Positions 1-9,530 of a DNA stretch of 64,000 bases are shown piece after piece (within the stretch, counting starts at the first letter, position 1; each line of letters opens with the position of its first letter). The notes under the pieces are model-generated. The model did not search any database. It worked only from the letters and a program-made list of their open reading frames with translations, and was not told where the DNA came from. The stretch comes from an uncultured Gammaproteobacteria bacterium. Its GTDB lineage: Bacteria > Patescibacteriota > Patescibacteriia > UBA1558 > GWA2-36-10. The translations under genes were made by a program, and so were the position numbers. The stretch is taken from NCBI GenBank assembly GCA_964540095.1, contig CAZILH010000001.1, forward strand, positions 2,552 through 66,551, given 5' to 3'.

Positions 1-39
1 TCGTCGAGCTTAGCTCGATTTCGTCAGGAGGTAGTGGCC

Positions 40-477
40 ATGATCGTCAAGAAAGACATTACCGTGATTTTCATCGGCTTGAATGAGACCTTGGTCCTGG
101 AGAGAATTTTGGCAGACCTCATCTTCTTTCTCTGCCAAAACAGGTTCAAAAACCTTGCGGATCGTCTCGGGTTAGAGAAGGGGGTTTCCCTACACTTCTC
201 AGAAGTCGGACCGCGCGGTAGATTCTGCATTGAGCTGCGCGTAGCTGAGACTGATCAGAGCTTCACGACCATTTCCTTTGACCTGTTCAAAGGCGTGAAA
301 CCAAACTTCATCCTGGAGTATCTAACCAGCAGACTTTCACAACTGGTGTCTGTTCAGGGCTACTACATGATCAGAAGTGACGTGCAATTCAGGGAAACGA
401 CAGAGCAAGACACTGCCTTCACTCCTCGTCCCAATGGCGACGCCTGGATATTGATCAGAATCACCAAGAATACTTGA
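40..477 (+). CDS. hypothetical protein (GC-rich orphan)
   Basis: ORF 34..477; AGGAGG at 26-31 favours ATG at 40; followed by hairpin terminator. Confidence 0.65.
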   Translation: MIVKKDITVIFIGLNETLVLERILADLIFFLCQNRFKNLADRLGLEKGVSLHFSEVGPRGRFCIELRVAETDQSFTTISFDLFKGVKPNFILEYLTSRLSQLVSVQGYYMIRSDVQFRETTEQDTAFTPRPNGDAWILIRITKNT

Positions 478-508
478 TCAGACCAAGTGAATTCTCTGAA
501 AAAAACCC

Positions 509-539
509 AAAAGGGAGCGACCCTCGTCGCTCCCTTTTT
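509..539. terminator. bidirectional intrinsic terminator
   Basis: AAAAGGGAGCGAC-CCTC-GTCGCTCCCTTTT between convergent genes. Confidence 0.8.
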
Positions 540-542
540 CAT

Positions 543-1244
543 TTATCTAAATTTTTTTTGTTTCTCCCGCCACTCCTTAATCAATTTATGATTACCAGAA
601 AGCAAAACTTTCGGTACTTTCAAATTCATAAATTTATCTGGTCTAGTATATTGTGGGTATTCAACATTAAATTTTTTTGCCTGCTTATCATAGACCCCAA
701 AAGATTCATCAGCCACTGATTCTTCTTTGCCTACCACTCCTTTGACCAGACGAGAGACGCTGTCAACTACACAAGCCGCAGCCAGCTCTCCGCCAGTCAA
801 AACAAAATTGCCTAAAGAAATTTTTTCATCAATAAACTTATCAATGCGCGCATCAATTGCCTCATAGTGCCCAGCAATCAAAATCAGGCGATCATATTTG
901 ACTAATTGTTTTACTTTATTTTGATCCAAAGTATTGCCACGCGGTGTCAATAAAATAATCCTAGTTGTCTTGCTTTTGATCTTGCATATTTTTTTCAAAG
1001 TTTTGACAACCGGTTCGATTTTTATGACCATACCTGGTCCACCGCCATAGGGGGTGTCATCAACTGTTTTCCTTTTATCAGTCGCGGCTTGACGGATATC
1101 ATGAGTACGAATATCAATTAACTTTTTATCGCGCGCTCTTTTTAAAATTGAAGAATCAAAATAGCTATCTAAAATATTGGGAAAAATTGTCAGGATATCA
1201 AATTTCACCCGGTTAGAAATCATTTTTTGTTTATCTTTTTTCAT
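543..1244 (-). CDS. trmD: tRNA (guanine37-N1)-methyltransferase
   Basis: KFDILTIFP, VDDTPYGGGPGMV, GHYEAID, SLGNFVLTGGE, EYPQYTRP, LLSGNH motifs; conserved part starts at GTG 1208, and residues upstream derive from an inserted element. Confidence 0.97.
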   Translation of the reverse strand: MKKDKQKMISNRVKFDILTIFPNILDSYFDSSILKRARDKKLIDIRTHDIRQAATDKRKTVDDTPYGGGPGMVIKIEPVVKTLKKICKIKSKTTRIILLTPRGNTLDQNKVKQLVKYDRLILIAGHYEAIDARIDKFIDEKISLGNFVLTGGELAAACVVDSVSRLVKGVVGKEESVADESFGVYDKQAKKFNVEYPQYTRPDKFMNLKVPKVLLSGNHKLIKEWREKQKKFR

Positions 1245-1316
1245 AAAGTAAAATATATAACTTATTTATTTTTACATTTTCACACAAACCCTCTTAGAAT
1301 AAATTTCTAACCGGGC
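1208..1316. mobile_element. MITE-like element, copy 1 (109 bp), inserted in trmD start codon
   Basis: TIR CCCGGTTAGAAAT (1208-1220) / ATTTCTAACCGGG (1303-1315); TCA on both flanks (1205-1207, 1317-1319). Confidence 0.75.
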
Positions 1317-1324
1317 TCATAAAA

Positions 1325-2230
1325 TTATTGTAACCCCATTTCTTTTTTATAGCCCTCCAGCCATTCCGGCAAATTGACTTGCGGTTCCCAACCCAACAAT
1401 TTTTTAGCTTTTCTGTTATCAGCCAAACTTTCTTTTGGTTCCAAGCGAGCCGGGATATTTACACTTGGTCCGCCAATCATTTTGGCCAGCTCATTGATAC
1501 TGTAGCTGTGTCCTCGACCTAAGTTTATGACCTCGCCCTGACCCACAGTAGCACTTTCCATGGCTAACATATTTCCGCGGACAATATCAGCTACATTGGT
1601 ATAGTCGCGGCGATTTTCGCCATCACCGACTATGGTCATTGGCTCATTTTTTAATCTCTGCGACACAAAAATTCCCATGACCAGACAATAGGCGCCTTCC
1701 AGGGCTTGTCTTTTGCCGTAGACATTAAAATAACGCAAACAAACAGTTGGCAGATCATAGACCTGAGTGAACAAGCGACAATACATTTCGCCAACATATT
1801 TTTGCAAACCATAGGGACTCAAAGGTTTTGCTGGCATATCTTCCACTAGAGGCATTTTGTCTTGATCACCATAAGCCGAAGACGAGGCGCTGTAAATAAC
1901 TTTTTTTACTTTGGCATCTCGAGCCGCCACCAAAACATTGAGTGTGCAGGTCAGATTCATTTCGTTAGAAAATATCGGATCCTGGATAGATGGCTGAACG
2001 CGGGGAAAAGCCGCTAGATGAAAAACATAATCAACGCCCTGAAACAAGGGTTTGATGTCTGCAATATTTTTTAAGTCCAACAAATGAAACTTGGCCCTAG
2101 AATTGATATTTTCTTTTTTGCCAGTAGAAAGATTGTCAATAACCACTACTTCGTGGCCCTTGGCTACCAAAGCGTCAACTAGATTTGATCCTATAAAACC
2201 GGCTCCGCCGGTCACTAAACATTTTGACAT
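1325..2230 (-). CDS. NAD-dependent epimerase/dehydratase (extended SDR)
   Basis: MSKCLVTGGAGFIGS Rossmann motif, YxxxK (PYGLQK), LRYFNVYG; start set to ATG 2230. Confidence 0.93.
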   Translation of the reverse strand: MSKCLVTGGAGFIGSNLVDALVAKGHEVVVIDNLSTGKKENINSRAKFHLLDLKNIADIKPLFQGVDYVFHLAAFPRVQPSIQDPIFSNEMNLTCTLNVLVAARDAKVKKVIYSASSSAYGDQDKMPLVEDMPAKPLSPYGLQKYVGEMYCRLFTQVYDLPTVCLRYFNVYGKRQALEGAYCLVMGIFVSQRLKNEPMTIVGDGENRRDYTNVADIVRGNMLAMESATVGQGEVINLGRGHSYSINELAKMIGGPSVNIPARLEPKESLADNRKAKKLLGWEPQVNLPEWLEGYKKEMGLQ

Positions 2231-2312
2231 AATATTTTTCTTAATATTATTAAAGATACTATAAATTTGAAAAAATACCAAACAGCTATACGCATATACC
2301 CTCCACAAACCA

Positions 2313-2341
2313 TTGACAAAATGTTTTATATATGATATAAA
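2313..2341 (+). promoter_or_regulatory. sigma70-type promoter
   Basis: TTGACA-17-TATAAA with TG extension, upstream of orphan gene 2405. Confidence 0.65.
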
Positions 2342-2404
2342 ACATGGTCAACTTGCCGCAAGATACTATCTTGCTTCTCTGCACCTTTTCATTGGAGGCA
2401 TGTC

Positions 2405-2974
2405 ATGAACACGCTCAAATTCAAGCAAATGCTGCGCTGGTCACTGTTGAGTGCTGGGGGAATCGCTCTCTTCTGGATGATCTACTACATTATTCGCGGC
2501 TTTGTCCCGGTGAGCGACACCATCCGATGGAGTCGAGACAACACTATTATGCCTCCGTTCACACTGTCCCGCTGGTGGGACATTATGATGGGACCCATTT
2601 TCTCCGTTTTTGTCGTCTCGATCCTCAATTCGAACAGATCAAAGAAGGACGAAGACGAAGACTGGTACACTGGCTTTAACTGCGATCCACTCCTCGTGTT
2701 GGTTGCTGGTCTAATCCTTGGCCTAATAATTGGCCTGGATTTGACTTCGCTGCTGCCCATCAACGGCTGCTTGATGTACAGTGTTCTACTTATGATCATC
2801 GGTGAACTCATGGGTCTGGGCTTTTTACTGACCCTTGGCCTGGCCATCGGTTTTGGTGTCAGCCTACGCTGCGGACTGGTGGTTGGTCTGGGCTTCAGCC
2901 TCATTTTTCTACTGCTATGGCTTTTGGGGAAGAAACTCATAATCCGACTCTGGAAATGGCTCATGATTCGATGA
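2405..2974 (+). CDS. hypothetical multi-pass membrane protein (GC-rich orphan)
   Basis: GGAGG SD at 2394; several hydrophobic Gly/Leu-rich segments. Confidence 0.75.
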   Translation: MNTLKFKQMLRWSLLSAGGIALFWMIYYIIRGFVPVSDTIRWSRDNTIMPPFTLSRWWDIMMGPIFSVFVVSILNSNRSKKDEDEDWYTGFNCDPLLVLVAGLILGLIIGLDLTSLLPINGCLMYSVLLMIIGELMGLGFLLTLGLAIGFGVSLRCGLVVGLGFSLIFLLLWLLGKKLIIRLWKWLMIR

Positions 2975-3088
2975 GTACCCCCACCTTACTCTTGCCACTT
3001 GGCGATTTGGGAAGTTGCTGTGAAAGGCTGAGCCAAATGGCCAACTGACCTCGCCATCAAACCCAGAGCATGTCTCTGGGTCTGCTCG

Positions 3089-3125
3089 AGCCCGACGCAA
3101 CACACGCGCCGGGCTTTTCTTTTTA
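3089..3125 (+). terminator. terminator hairpin with AACACAC loop
   Basis: AGCCCGACGC-AACACAC-GCGCCGGGCT followed by T tract. Confidence 0.7.
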
Positions 3126-3179
3126 TACCAAATTTATGCTAAAATATAATTATTAATAACCTTTAAAATACAAAAAGCT

Positions 3180-4310
3180 ATGAAACTCAAATTAATCGTC
3201 TTGGCTATGATGCTTATTTGGCCACTAAGCAGTTTGGCCATAGAAGCCCACAACAACAATTACCTTACTTTGGCTGAAGATCAAACGGTCAATGGTAATT
3301 ATTACGCGGCCGGCAACAAAATAGAAATTTTCGGCACAGTCAACGGTGATGTGTTTGCGGTTGGTAATGATATTGTCATTGATTCAGACAACATCAATGG
3401 TGATATTTTTGCCGCTGGCAACACTATCAGCATCAAAGGCAAGGTCAATGGTTCGCTTCGCTTAGTCGGACAAAAATTGGTAGTCGACGCTGAAGTGACT
3501 AGAAATATTTTGGCCGCTGGACAGAACTTGGATATAAATAAAGACGCAAAAATCCAAGGGCATGTCACTTTTGCCGGACAATCAGCCAGTGTCTATGGCA
3601 CAGTAGGCGGCCGCTTAGAATCGGCCTTGGAAAATCTACGACTCAGTGGACAGATTGCTGGTGATGCTGATGTTTATTTGGGTAGCAAAGACAAAAAGTT
3701 AGCCAATATTGATTTAGCGAATGGCGCCAAGATCAATGGCCATCTCAAATACTGGTCTAGCCAAACTTTGAACCTTGATCAGACAAAGGTTTCTCAAGGC
3801 ATTGAGCATCAGTCCATTACGCAAGTTGTTAAACGCCAAGCCAAACAGGGCTTCGGTCTCTTTGGCTGGCTATGGGAATTTTTATCAATGTTAGTTATTG
3901 CTTTGCTGTGGTGGCGCTGGCACAACAAATTTTTCTACCAAGCTCATGAGTTGGTCCAGAAGAACAAAGGCAAAAGTTTGCTGTGGGGCTTTCTTTCTTT
4001 GATTGCCATACCAGTATTGATTATCCTCCTGATGATCACAGTAATCGGCATACCTTTGGCTCTGATACTCTTGGCTAGCTGGTTGATTGCTTTGTGCTTG
4101 GCCAAAATTTTGGCTGCCTGGATTTTGATCCGTTTTGTCCAACAAGCTTGGTGGAAAAAATATCATGGTAAGGATTGGGCCTTACTCACCTTAGGTATTT
4201 TTATTATGAGTTTACTGGCCAAAATACCAGTGATCGGCTGGTTAATATGTTTTATCTTTTACCTGTGGGCTTGGGGGGCAATCATTCACTATTTTTACAA
4301 CAAAAAATAA
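3180..4310 (+). CDS. exported beta-helix (polymer-forming/bactofilin-like repeat) membrane protein
   Basis: signal peptide, repeated V/I-N-G-D-x-F-A-A-G units, C-terminal TM helices. Confidence 0.8.
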   Translation: MKLKLIVLAMMLIWPLSSLAIEAHNNNYLTLAEDQTVNGNYYAAGNKIEIFGTVNGDVFAVGNDIVIDSDNINGDIFAAGNTISIKGKVNGSLRLVGQKLVVDAEVTRNILAAGQNLDINKDAKIQGHVTFAGQSASVYGTVGGRLESALENLRLSGQIAGDADVYLGSKDKKLANIDLANGAKINGHLKYWSSQTLNLDQTKVSQGIEHQSITQVVKRQAKQGFGLFGWLWEFLSMLVIALLWWRWHNKFFYQAHELVQKNKGKSLLWGFLSLIAIPVLIILLMITVIGIPLALILLASWLIALCLAKILAAWILIRFVQQAWWKKYHGKDWALLTLGIFIMSLLAKIPVIGWLICFIFYLWAWGAIIHYFYNKK

Positions 4311-4331
4311 AATTAATATCTCCGTAAAACG

Positions 4332-4372
4332 AAACCAGCCCAGCTTCTCGCGAGAGGCTTGGCTGGGTTTTT
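4332..4372 (+). terminator. intrinsic terminator
   Basis: CCAGCCCAGCTTCTCGCGAGAGGCTTGGCTGG then T tract. Confidence 0.6.
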
Positions 4373-4472
4373 TGTCTATAAATTATATTTCAAAATATTA
4401 AAATTTTCTTTAAAATGGAAAGGCACGAGACCGCAGGGTCTCGTGCCTTGAGTTGTTTGGCGGCCGGCCGCC

Positions 4473-4952
4473 TCAGTTCAGCGGCAGATCCACCTTCACG
4501 GGCCAGTCGCTCTCCCGCACCGTCAGCAGAGCGTAGAGGACATTGTTGTCCATGAGATCTTGCACTTGAGGTGTGCCCAACCTGCGGAACGGTGCCCAGC
4601 GGAATTTGATCGTCGGCGTCGTCGCCGACTCGTCGATCTTGACGCGGAACTTCTCCATGGGAAGGGAAGAAATGGCGTAGGTGCCGTCGTTCATTTCCCA
4701 GGAGAACTTCAGATTGACGCTGGTGCTGACCTGACTGTCCAAGCTGCCGACAATTAAGAAGAAGCTGGCGGAGGTGCTCGAGTTGACCTCCGTCCGCTCC
4801 ACCATCTTGCGCAGCCGGTGCTCGCCGCCCAGAAGTGCCTCGGTCAGTGACTTCTTCGGATGCTTCTGCTCGTTTTGAACGCTCAGGATACAAACAACGG
4901 CCAGGGCTACGACAACGATCGTAACGATAATCCAAATCCAACGCTTCGACAT
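4473..4952 (-). CDS. hypothetical protein with N-terminal membrane anchor (GC-rich orphan)
   Basis: AAAGGAGAGG SD; promoter TTGACA-17-TATAAG (-35 at 5023-5018); terminator AAGGCACGAGACC/GGTCTCGTGCCTT at about 4420-4449. Confidence 0.8.
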   Translation of the reverse strand: MSKRWIWIIVTIVVVALAVVCILSVQNEQKHPKKSLTEALLGGEHRLRKMVERTEVNSSTSASFFLIVGSLDSQVSTSVNLKFSWEMNDGTYAISSLPMEKFRVKIDESATTPTIKFRWAPFRRLGTPQVQDLMDNNVLYALLTVRESDWPVKVDLPLN

Positions 4953-5084
4953 GGCCCTCTCCTTTCAGGGATGAATGTTCCGATAAAACATTTACTTATA
5001 TCATATATTTCATTTTTTGTCAACCTATAAAAACCAAAACGAAAAACCGAGCTTAGCTCGGTCTTTCTATTTTTTATGTACAAA

Positions 5085-5402
5085 TTATAATTTCAAATCG
5101 TCGACTTCTTCGTGTTTTGTTTCCACACGTGGCATTGGGGCAGCCATTGGTCTACCTTCTTTTTCTGGTTCGTAGACCTTCAAGTTCACGTAAGAATTAT
5201 TTTTGTTGCCCATGATGCGCAACAAAGTTCTCAATGACCTGGCGGTCTGACCTTGCTTGCCGATAATCTTACCCATCTCCGCTGGGTTGACCTTTAGGGT
5301 CAAAAGTACACCTCTCTCGTCGATGGTCCTTTCGACAACTACGTCTTCCGGCTTCTCAACTAGAGCTTTTACAATCATCTCCAAAAATTCTTTGTCATTC
5401 AT
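5085..5402 (-). CDS. khpA: KH-domain RNA-binding protein KhpA
   Basis: MGKIIGKQGQTARSLRTLL; directly downstream of rpsP. Confidence 0.92.
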   Translation of the reverse strand: MNDKEFLEMIVKALVEKPEDVVVERTIDERGVLLTLKVNPAEMGKIIGKQGQTARSLRTLLRIMGNKNNSYVNLKVYEPEKEGRPMAAPMPRVETKHEEVDDLKL

Positions 5403-5498
5403 ATTTTTTCTTTAATAACTTCTTAGCATTATTCTTACAAAGGTCAAGAATAACTTAAGGCATTATAATATAATTTTAAAAAACGGTCAAACCAATCC

Positions 5499-5861
5499 CT
5501 AAACAGCCGCTTCAACAACTTCTTCTTTTTTTTCTTCAACTGGTTTTTCGACTTCGGCTGGTTTTTTCTTGGCGGCAATTTTTTCGCGACGAGCATTGGA
5601 CAAGCTCACGGCCTTGGCTTTCTGGCCAGTGATGACCTTTTGTTTGATCAACAAATTGTGCAAAGTAGCTGAAGCTACAGCACCTTGTGACAACCAATAT
5701 TTGATACGCTCAACCTTAAGTACTGCCACTTTAGTGTGGGGGTTGTAATTACCGACAATTTCTAGGTGGTCACCATACATATCACGTTTCTTTTCAGAAA
5801 CAACTATTCTGTAGGCAGCTTGCTTTTTACGACCGACTCTAGCCATTCTTATAGCTAACAT
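5499..5861 (-). CDS. rpsP: 30S ribosomal protein S16
   Basis: MLAIRMARVGRKKQAAYRIVV...VGNYNP...WLSQGA. Confidence 0.97.
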   Translation of the reverse strand: MLAIRMARVGRKKQAAYRIVVSEKKRDMYGDHLEIVGNYNPHTKVAVLKVERIKYWLSQGAVASATLHNLLIKQKVITGQKAKAVSLSNARREKIAAKKKPAEVEKPVEEKKEEVVEAAV

Positions 5862-6001
5862 CCTTTTTTAGAAATTAATTATTAAAAGGTGCCAAAATAT
5901 TACTATATTTGATAAAGTTTGTCAATGTCGACCCCACTCACCAAAACTCCTGGACTAATCTTTTATCTTTTTGTATAATATCCAGCAGCAAAAACAACTT
6001 T

Positions 6002-6865
6002 ATGATAAAAAAAGAAAAAATTGGGTTTATTGGACAAGGTTTTATTGGCAGAAGCTATGCTGACGATTATGAGGCCCGCGGTTATGAGGTCATTCGCTAT
6101 GATCGTCGACAATTCCCGCAAAACAAAGACCTGATTGCCACTTGCGATTTTGTTTTTATTGCCGTACCTACTCCCACCACGCCCCAGGGGTTTGACGACA
6201 GCGTTGTGCAAGAGGTCTTGAAATTAGTCGGCTCTGGAAAAATTGCGATTATCAAATCAACTATCAAAGTCGGAACCTGCAAAAAAATGCAGGCTCTATA
6301 CCCAGATATTGTGATCATGCATAGTCCAGAATTTTTGACAGAAAAAACCGCCCTAGCAGATGCCCAGCATCCTGATAGAAATATTGTTGGCATCACTGAT
6401 ATAAATAATCCGGATCTCAAAAACAAAGCCCAAACAGTAATCAACTCACTACCAAAAGCTCCCTTTGAATTGATTTGCTCAGCCGAGCACGCGGAGATGA
6501 TCAAGTACGCCAACAACTGCTGGTTTTACTTCAAGGTTGTTTTTATGAACACGCTCTATGACTTGGAGCAAAAACACGGCTTGAATCATGAAATAATAAA
6601 AGAAGCCCTGGCTCATGATCCGCGTATCGGCTCCACTCATCTTGATGTCGTGCATTCCGGACGCGTCGATGTTGTGCATCAAGGCGGACGAGGCGCTGGT
6701 GGCCATTGTTTTATCAAGGATTTTGAAACTTATATCAGCATGCTCAAAGAAGCCGGACTTTACGATCAACAAAAGGCCTGCGAAGCCATCCGCGATATTA
6801 ATTTGCAATATTTAAAAAACACCGGCAAGGACTTGGATCTCTTGAAAGGTGTCTACGGGGAATAA
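6002..6865 (+). CDS. UDP-glucose/GDP-mannose dehydrogenase family protein lacking the C-terminal domain
   Basis: IGFIGQGFIG, FIAVPTP, IKST, SPEFL, GAGGHCFIKD; ends soon after the catalytic Cys region; ATG 6002. Confidence 0.85.
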   Translation: MIKKEKIGFIGQGFIGRSYADDYEARGYEVIRYDRRQFPQNKDLIATCDFVFIAVPTPTTPQGFDDSVVQEVLKLVGSGKIAIIKSTIKVGTCKKMQALYPDIVIMHSPEFLTEKTALADAQHPDRNIVGITDINNPDLKNKAQTVINSLPKAPFELICSAEHAEMIKYANNCWFYFKVVFMNTLYDLEQKHGLNHEIIKEALAHDPRIGSTHLDVVHSGRVDVVHQGGRGAGGHCFIKDFETYISMLKEAGLYDQQKACEAIRDINLQYLKNTGKDLDLLKGVYGE

Positions 6866-6873
6866 ACTTGCCA

Positions 6874-6901
6874 AATCCAGCCTCTCGCGAGAGGCTGGAT
6901 T
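6874..6901. terminator. perfect 28-bp palindrome between convergent genes
   Basis: AATCCAGCCTCTCG|CGAGAGGCTGGATT. Confidence 0.6.
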
Positions 6902-9464
6902 ATTTAGCGGCTATTTCATCAGCTTGATCAAAACTCATGGAAAGCAGTTTTGAGACACCATCATCGCCCATGGTCACACCATAAATAATTTTGGCGTTAT
7001 GCATGGTGGCTCGATTGTGCGTGATGGCAATAAATTGAGTTTTATTGGAAATTTCTTGCAGTATCTGACTAAAACGAACTGAGTTGGCTTCATCCAAAGC
7101 AGCATCAACCTCGTCTAAGAATACAAACGGCGAGGGATTGTTGGAAATAATAGCGCAAATCAGAGCAATAGAGGTCAGCGCTTTTTCTCCGCCAGACAGC
7201 ATGCTGATACCCGACAATCTTTTACCTGGAGGCGTGGCTTTGATCTCAATACCATATTGTTTTTGAATTTTCTTTTCTGGAATTTCGCCATCAACACCTT
7301 CGACTTCCTCACCATTGCTGATAATATTTTCTTTAATATCCAAAATCAATTCAGCTTTGCCACCAGCAAACAATTTTTTGAAATAAGAATCAAATAGTTT
7401 GTTGATATTGTGAAAGGCCTGATCAAATTGTTTGGATATTGACTCATCTAGATCTTTGATTATTTTTTCTAAGTGCGCTATGGCCTCATTCAGATCGTCG
7501 CTCTGTGTTTTCAAGAATTGATAGCGTTCATTGACTTGGCTATATTCTTCCATGACAGCCGGATCAATGCCACCAATTATTTGTAATTGATTTTTTAAAC
7601 TAGCGATTTGAACCCGACTGGCCTCAGTATCAATCTGCCCCACTTTCTTGACCTGAAAGTCGGCCATTTCCTCGCCAATTTCTCGATTCAAATCTTCTTG
7701 CTTGGTCTCCAGACGAGCCAAAACAACTTTAATTTCATTTAACTTGCTATTTTTAGTATTAAACTCCTGCTGTATTTCGCGAAAATCTTTTTGGGACTGT
7801 ACCAAGCTGCTTTTCTTTTTTTCCTCTTGCTCATTGAAAGCGCGCACTTCTTTTTCAATGCTGGCAATTTTTTTATTCTGCGAATCAATTTTGGCTAGCA
7901 GAATTTCTAGTTGATCTTTCAAGCCCTTATTGTCCTGCTTATTTTCAGCTAGATTTTTACGCTCATTCTCTAACTTTATTAACTCTTGTTTGTCTTTGTT
8001 TAATTGTTGATTGATCAAAGCAATTTCTTGATCGGCCATGGCCAATCTAGTCTTGGCCTCATTGACCTCGGCCACCATATTATCCTTGGTCAGTAATAAT
8101 TGATTGAATTTTTCCGTCCAATCTTGATTGGTGTTTTTGGCTGGCCGAGAAAAATAATTTTTCACTTCCCACAAACTAGCGGTTATTTGCTGACACAATT
8201 TTTTCAATGACTCCAATTTGTCTAGAGCATCAATGTTTTCCAAAGCGCGTTCAAAATCTTGCTGTTTATCCAACAGCGCCGTCACCTTGTGGCTTATTTT
8301 TTCATTTGACCACTCATCATTGTTGTTCTTGACTTCGTCTTCTAATTTTTTAAAATCGGCTAAGATAACTTTTTGCTTGTTTTCTAAATCCAAAACCTGC
8401 TCTTGGGTTTGTTTTTGGCGGTGCTGTTTTTCCTCTAGGTGCAAATTTTGCAAATTAACTTCATTGGCTAGTGTATCTAATCTTTTTTTCAGCCAAACTA
8501 TATCTACCTGGCCAGTAGAAATCAATTGCACATCCATCTGCCCCTCAATAATGGCTTTTTCTTTGAGCGAACTATTGAGCTCATCCTGCGCTTGGCTCAG
8601 GCGATTTTGCAGATGATCAAAACTATCTTGACGACTGCGCCCTTTTTCTTCTTTTTCCAAACTAGTTTGCAAATCAACTAATTTTTGATTCAAATTTGAA
8701 ACTTCTTTGACTGAGGTCTGATACTGATCTTTATGACTAGACAATTCGCTGTTCAATTGATTGCTCAAAAAACTATAATAATCAGTTTGTAAATTATTCA
8801 AATCCCTAATTAATTGTTCTCTTTTTTCCAACCTTTTTACTTGCCGAGTCAAGCTACGCAAGTGTGGCTCCAATTCATTCAAAATCTGGCTGGTCTGACC
8901 TAGATTATTTTTGGCGCCTTCTAGCTTATTAATGGCTTGCTCTTTTTTGATCTGAAATTGACGAACGCCAGTGGCTTCATCAAAAAATTCTTTGCGCTCA
9001 GCCGATGATGAGGTCAGGATAGAGTCAATCATTCCCTGGCCAATGACGCTATAAGTCTTCTGGCCAAAATTGGCCTTGGCCAAGAGTAATTGCACATCCA
9101 TCAAGCGCACTCGGCTGTTATTAATCAAATACTCGCTCTCACCATTGCGATCAATTTTGCGAGTAATAATAATTTGCTCAAAATCTACATCAGCCAGATG
9201 GTCTTGATTGTTGAGATACAAACTAACTTGCGCAAAGCCCAAGCGCCCTTTTTTATCAGAGCCAGCAAAAATTACATCTTCTGATTTTTTGCCACGCAAA
9301 GTTTTGGAGCTTTGCTCGCCCAAGACCCAGCGGACAGCGTCAGCAATGTTTGACTTGCCTGAGCCATTTGGTCCGACTATGGCTGTCAATTCACGATTAA
9401 AAAAAAGCTCTGTGCTGTTGGCAAAAGATTTGAACCCCTGAATTTCTAGTTTTTCCAAATACAT
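6900..9464 (-). CDS. smc: chromosome segregation protein SMC (short, about 854 aa)
   Basis: MYLEKLEIQGFKSF, Walker A GPNGSGKSN, LSGGEK signature, LDEVDAALD; start set to ATG 9464. Confidence 0.93.
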   Translation of the reverse strand: MYLEKLEIQGFKSFANSTELFFNRELTAIVGPNGSGKSNIADAVRWVLGEQSSKTLRGKKSEDVIFAGSDKKGRLGFAQVSLYLNNQDHLADVDFEQIIITRKIDRNGESEYLINNSRVRLMDVQLLLAKANFGQKTYSVIGQGMIDSILTSSSAERKEFFDEATGVRQFQIKKEQAINKLEGAKNNLGQTSQILNELEPHLRSLTRQVKRLEKREQLIRDLNNLQTDYYSFLSNQLNSELSSHKDQYQTSVKEVSNLNQKLVDLQTSLEKEEKGRSRQDSFDHLQNRLSQAQDELNSSLKEKAIIEGQMDVQLISTGQVDIVWLKKRLDTLANEVNLQNLHLEEKQHRQKQTQEQVLDLENKQKVILADFKKLEDEVKNNNDEWSNEKISHKVTALLDKQQDFERALENIDALDKLESLKKLCQQITASLWEVKNYFSRPAKNTNQDWTEKFNQLLLTKDNMVAEVNEAKTRLAMADQEIALINQQLNKDKQELIKLENERKNLAENKQDNKGLKDQLEILLAKIDSQNKKIASIEKEVRAFNEQEEKKKSSLVQSQKDFREIQQEFNTKNSKLNEIKVVLARLETKQEDLNREIGEEMADFQVKKVGQIDTEASRVQIASLKNQLQIIGGIDPAVMEEYSQVNERYQFLKTQSDDLNEAIAHLEKIIKDLDESISKQFDQAFHNINKLFDSYFKKLFAGGKAELILDIKENIISNGEEVEGVDGEIPEKKIQKQYGIEIKATPPGKRLSGISMLSGGEKALTSIALICAIISNNPSPFVFLDEVDAALDEANSVRFSQILQEISNKTQFIAITHNRATMHNAKIIYGVTMGDDGVSKLLSMSFDQADEIAAK

Positions 9465-9530
9465 AAATAAAAAAATAACAACTGTTAGCGTTATTATTTT
9501 AACATAATTTATACTTTTAATAAATATAAA

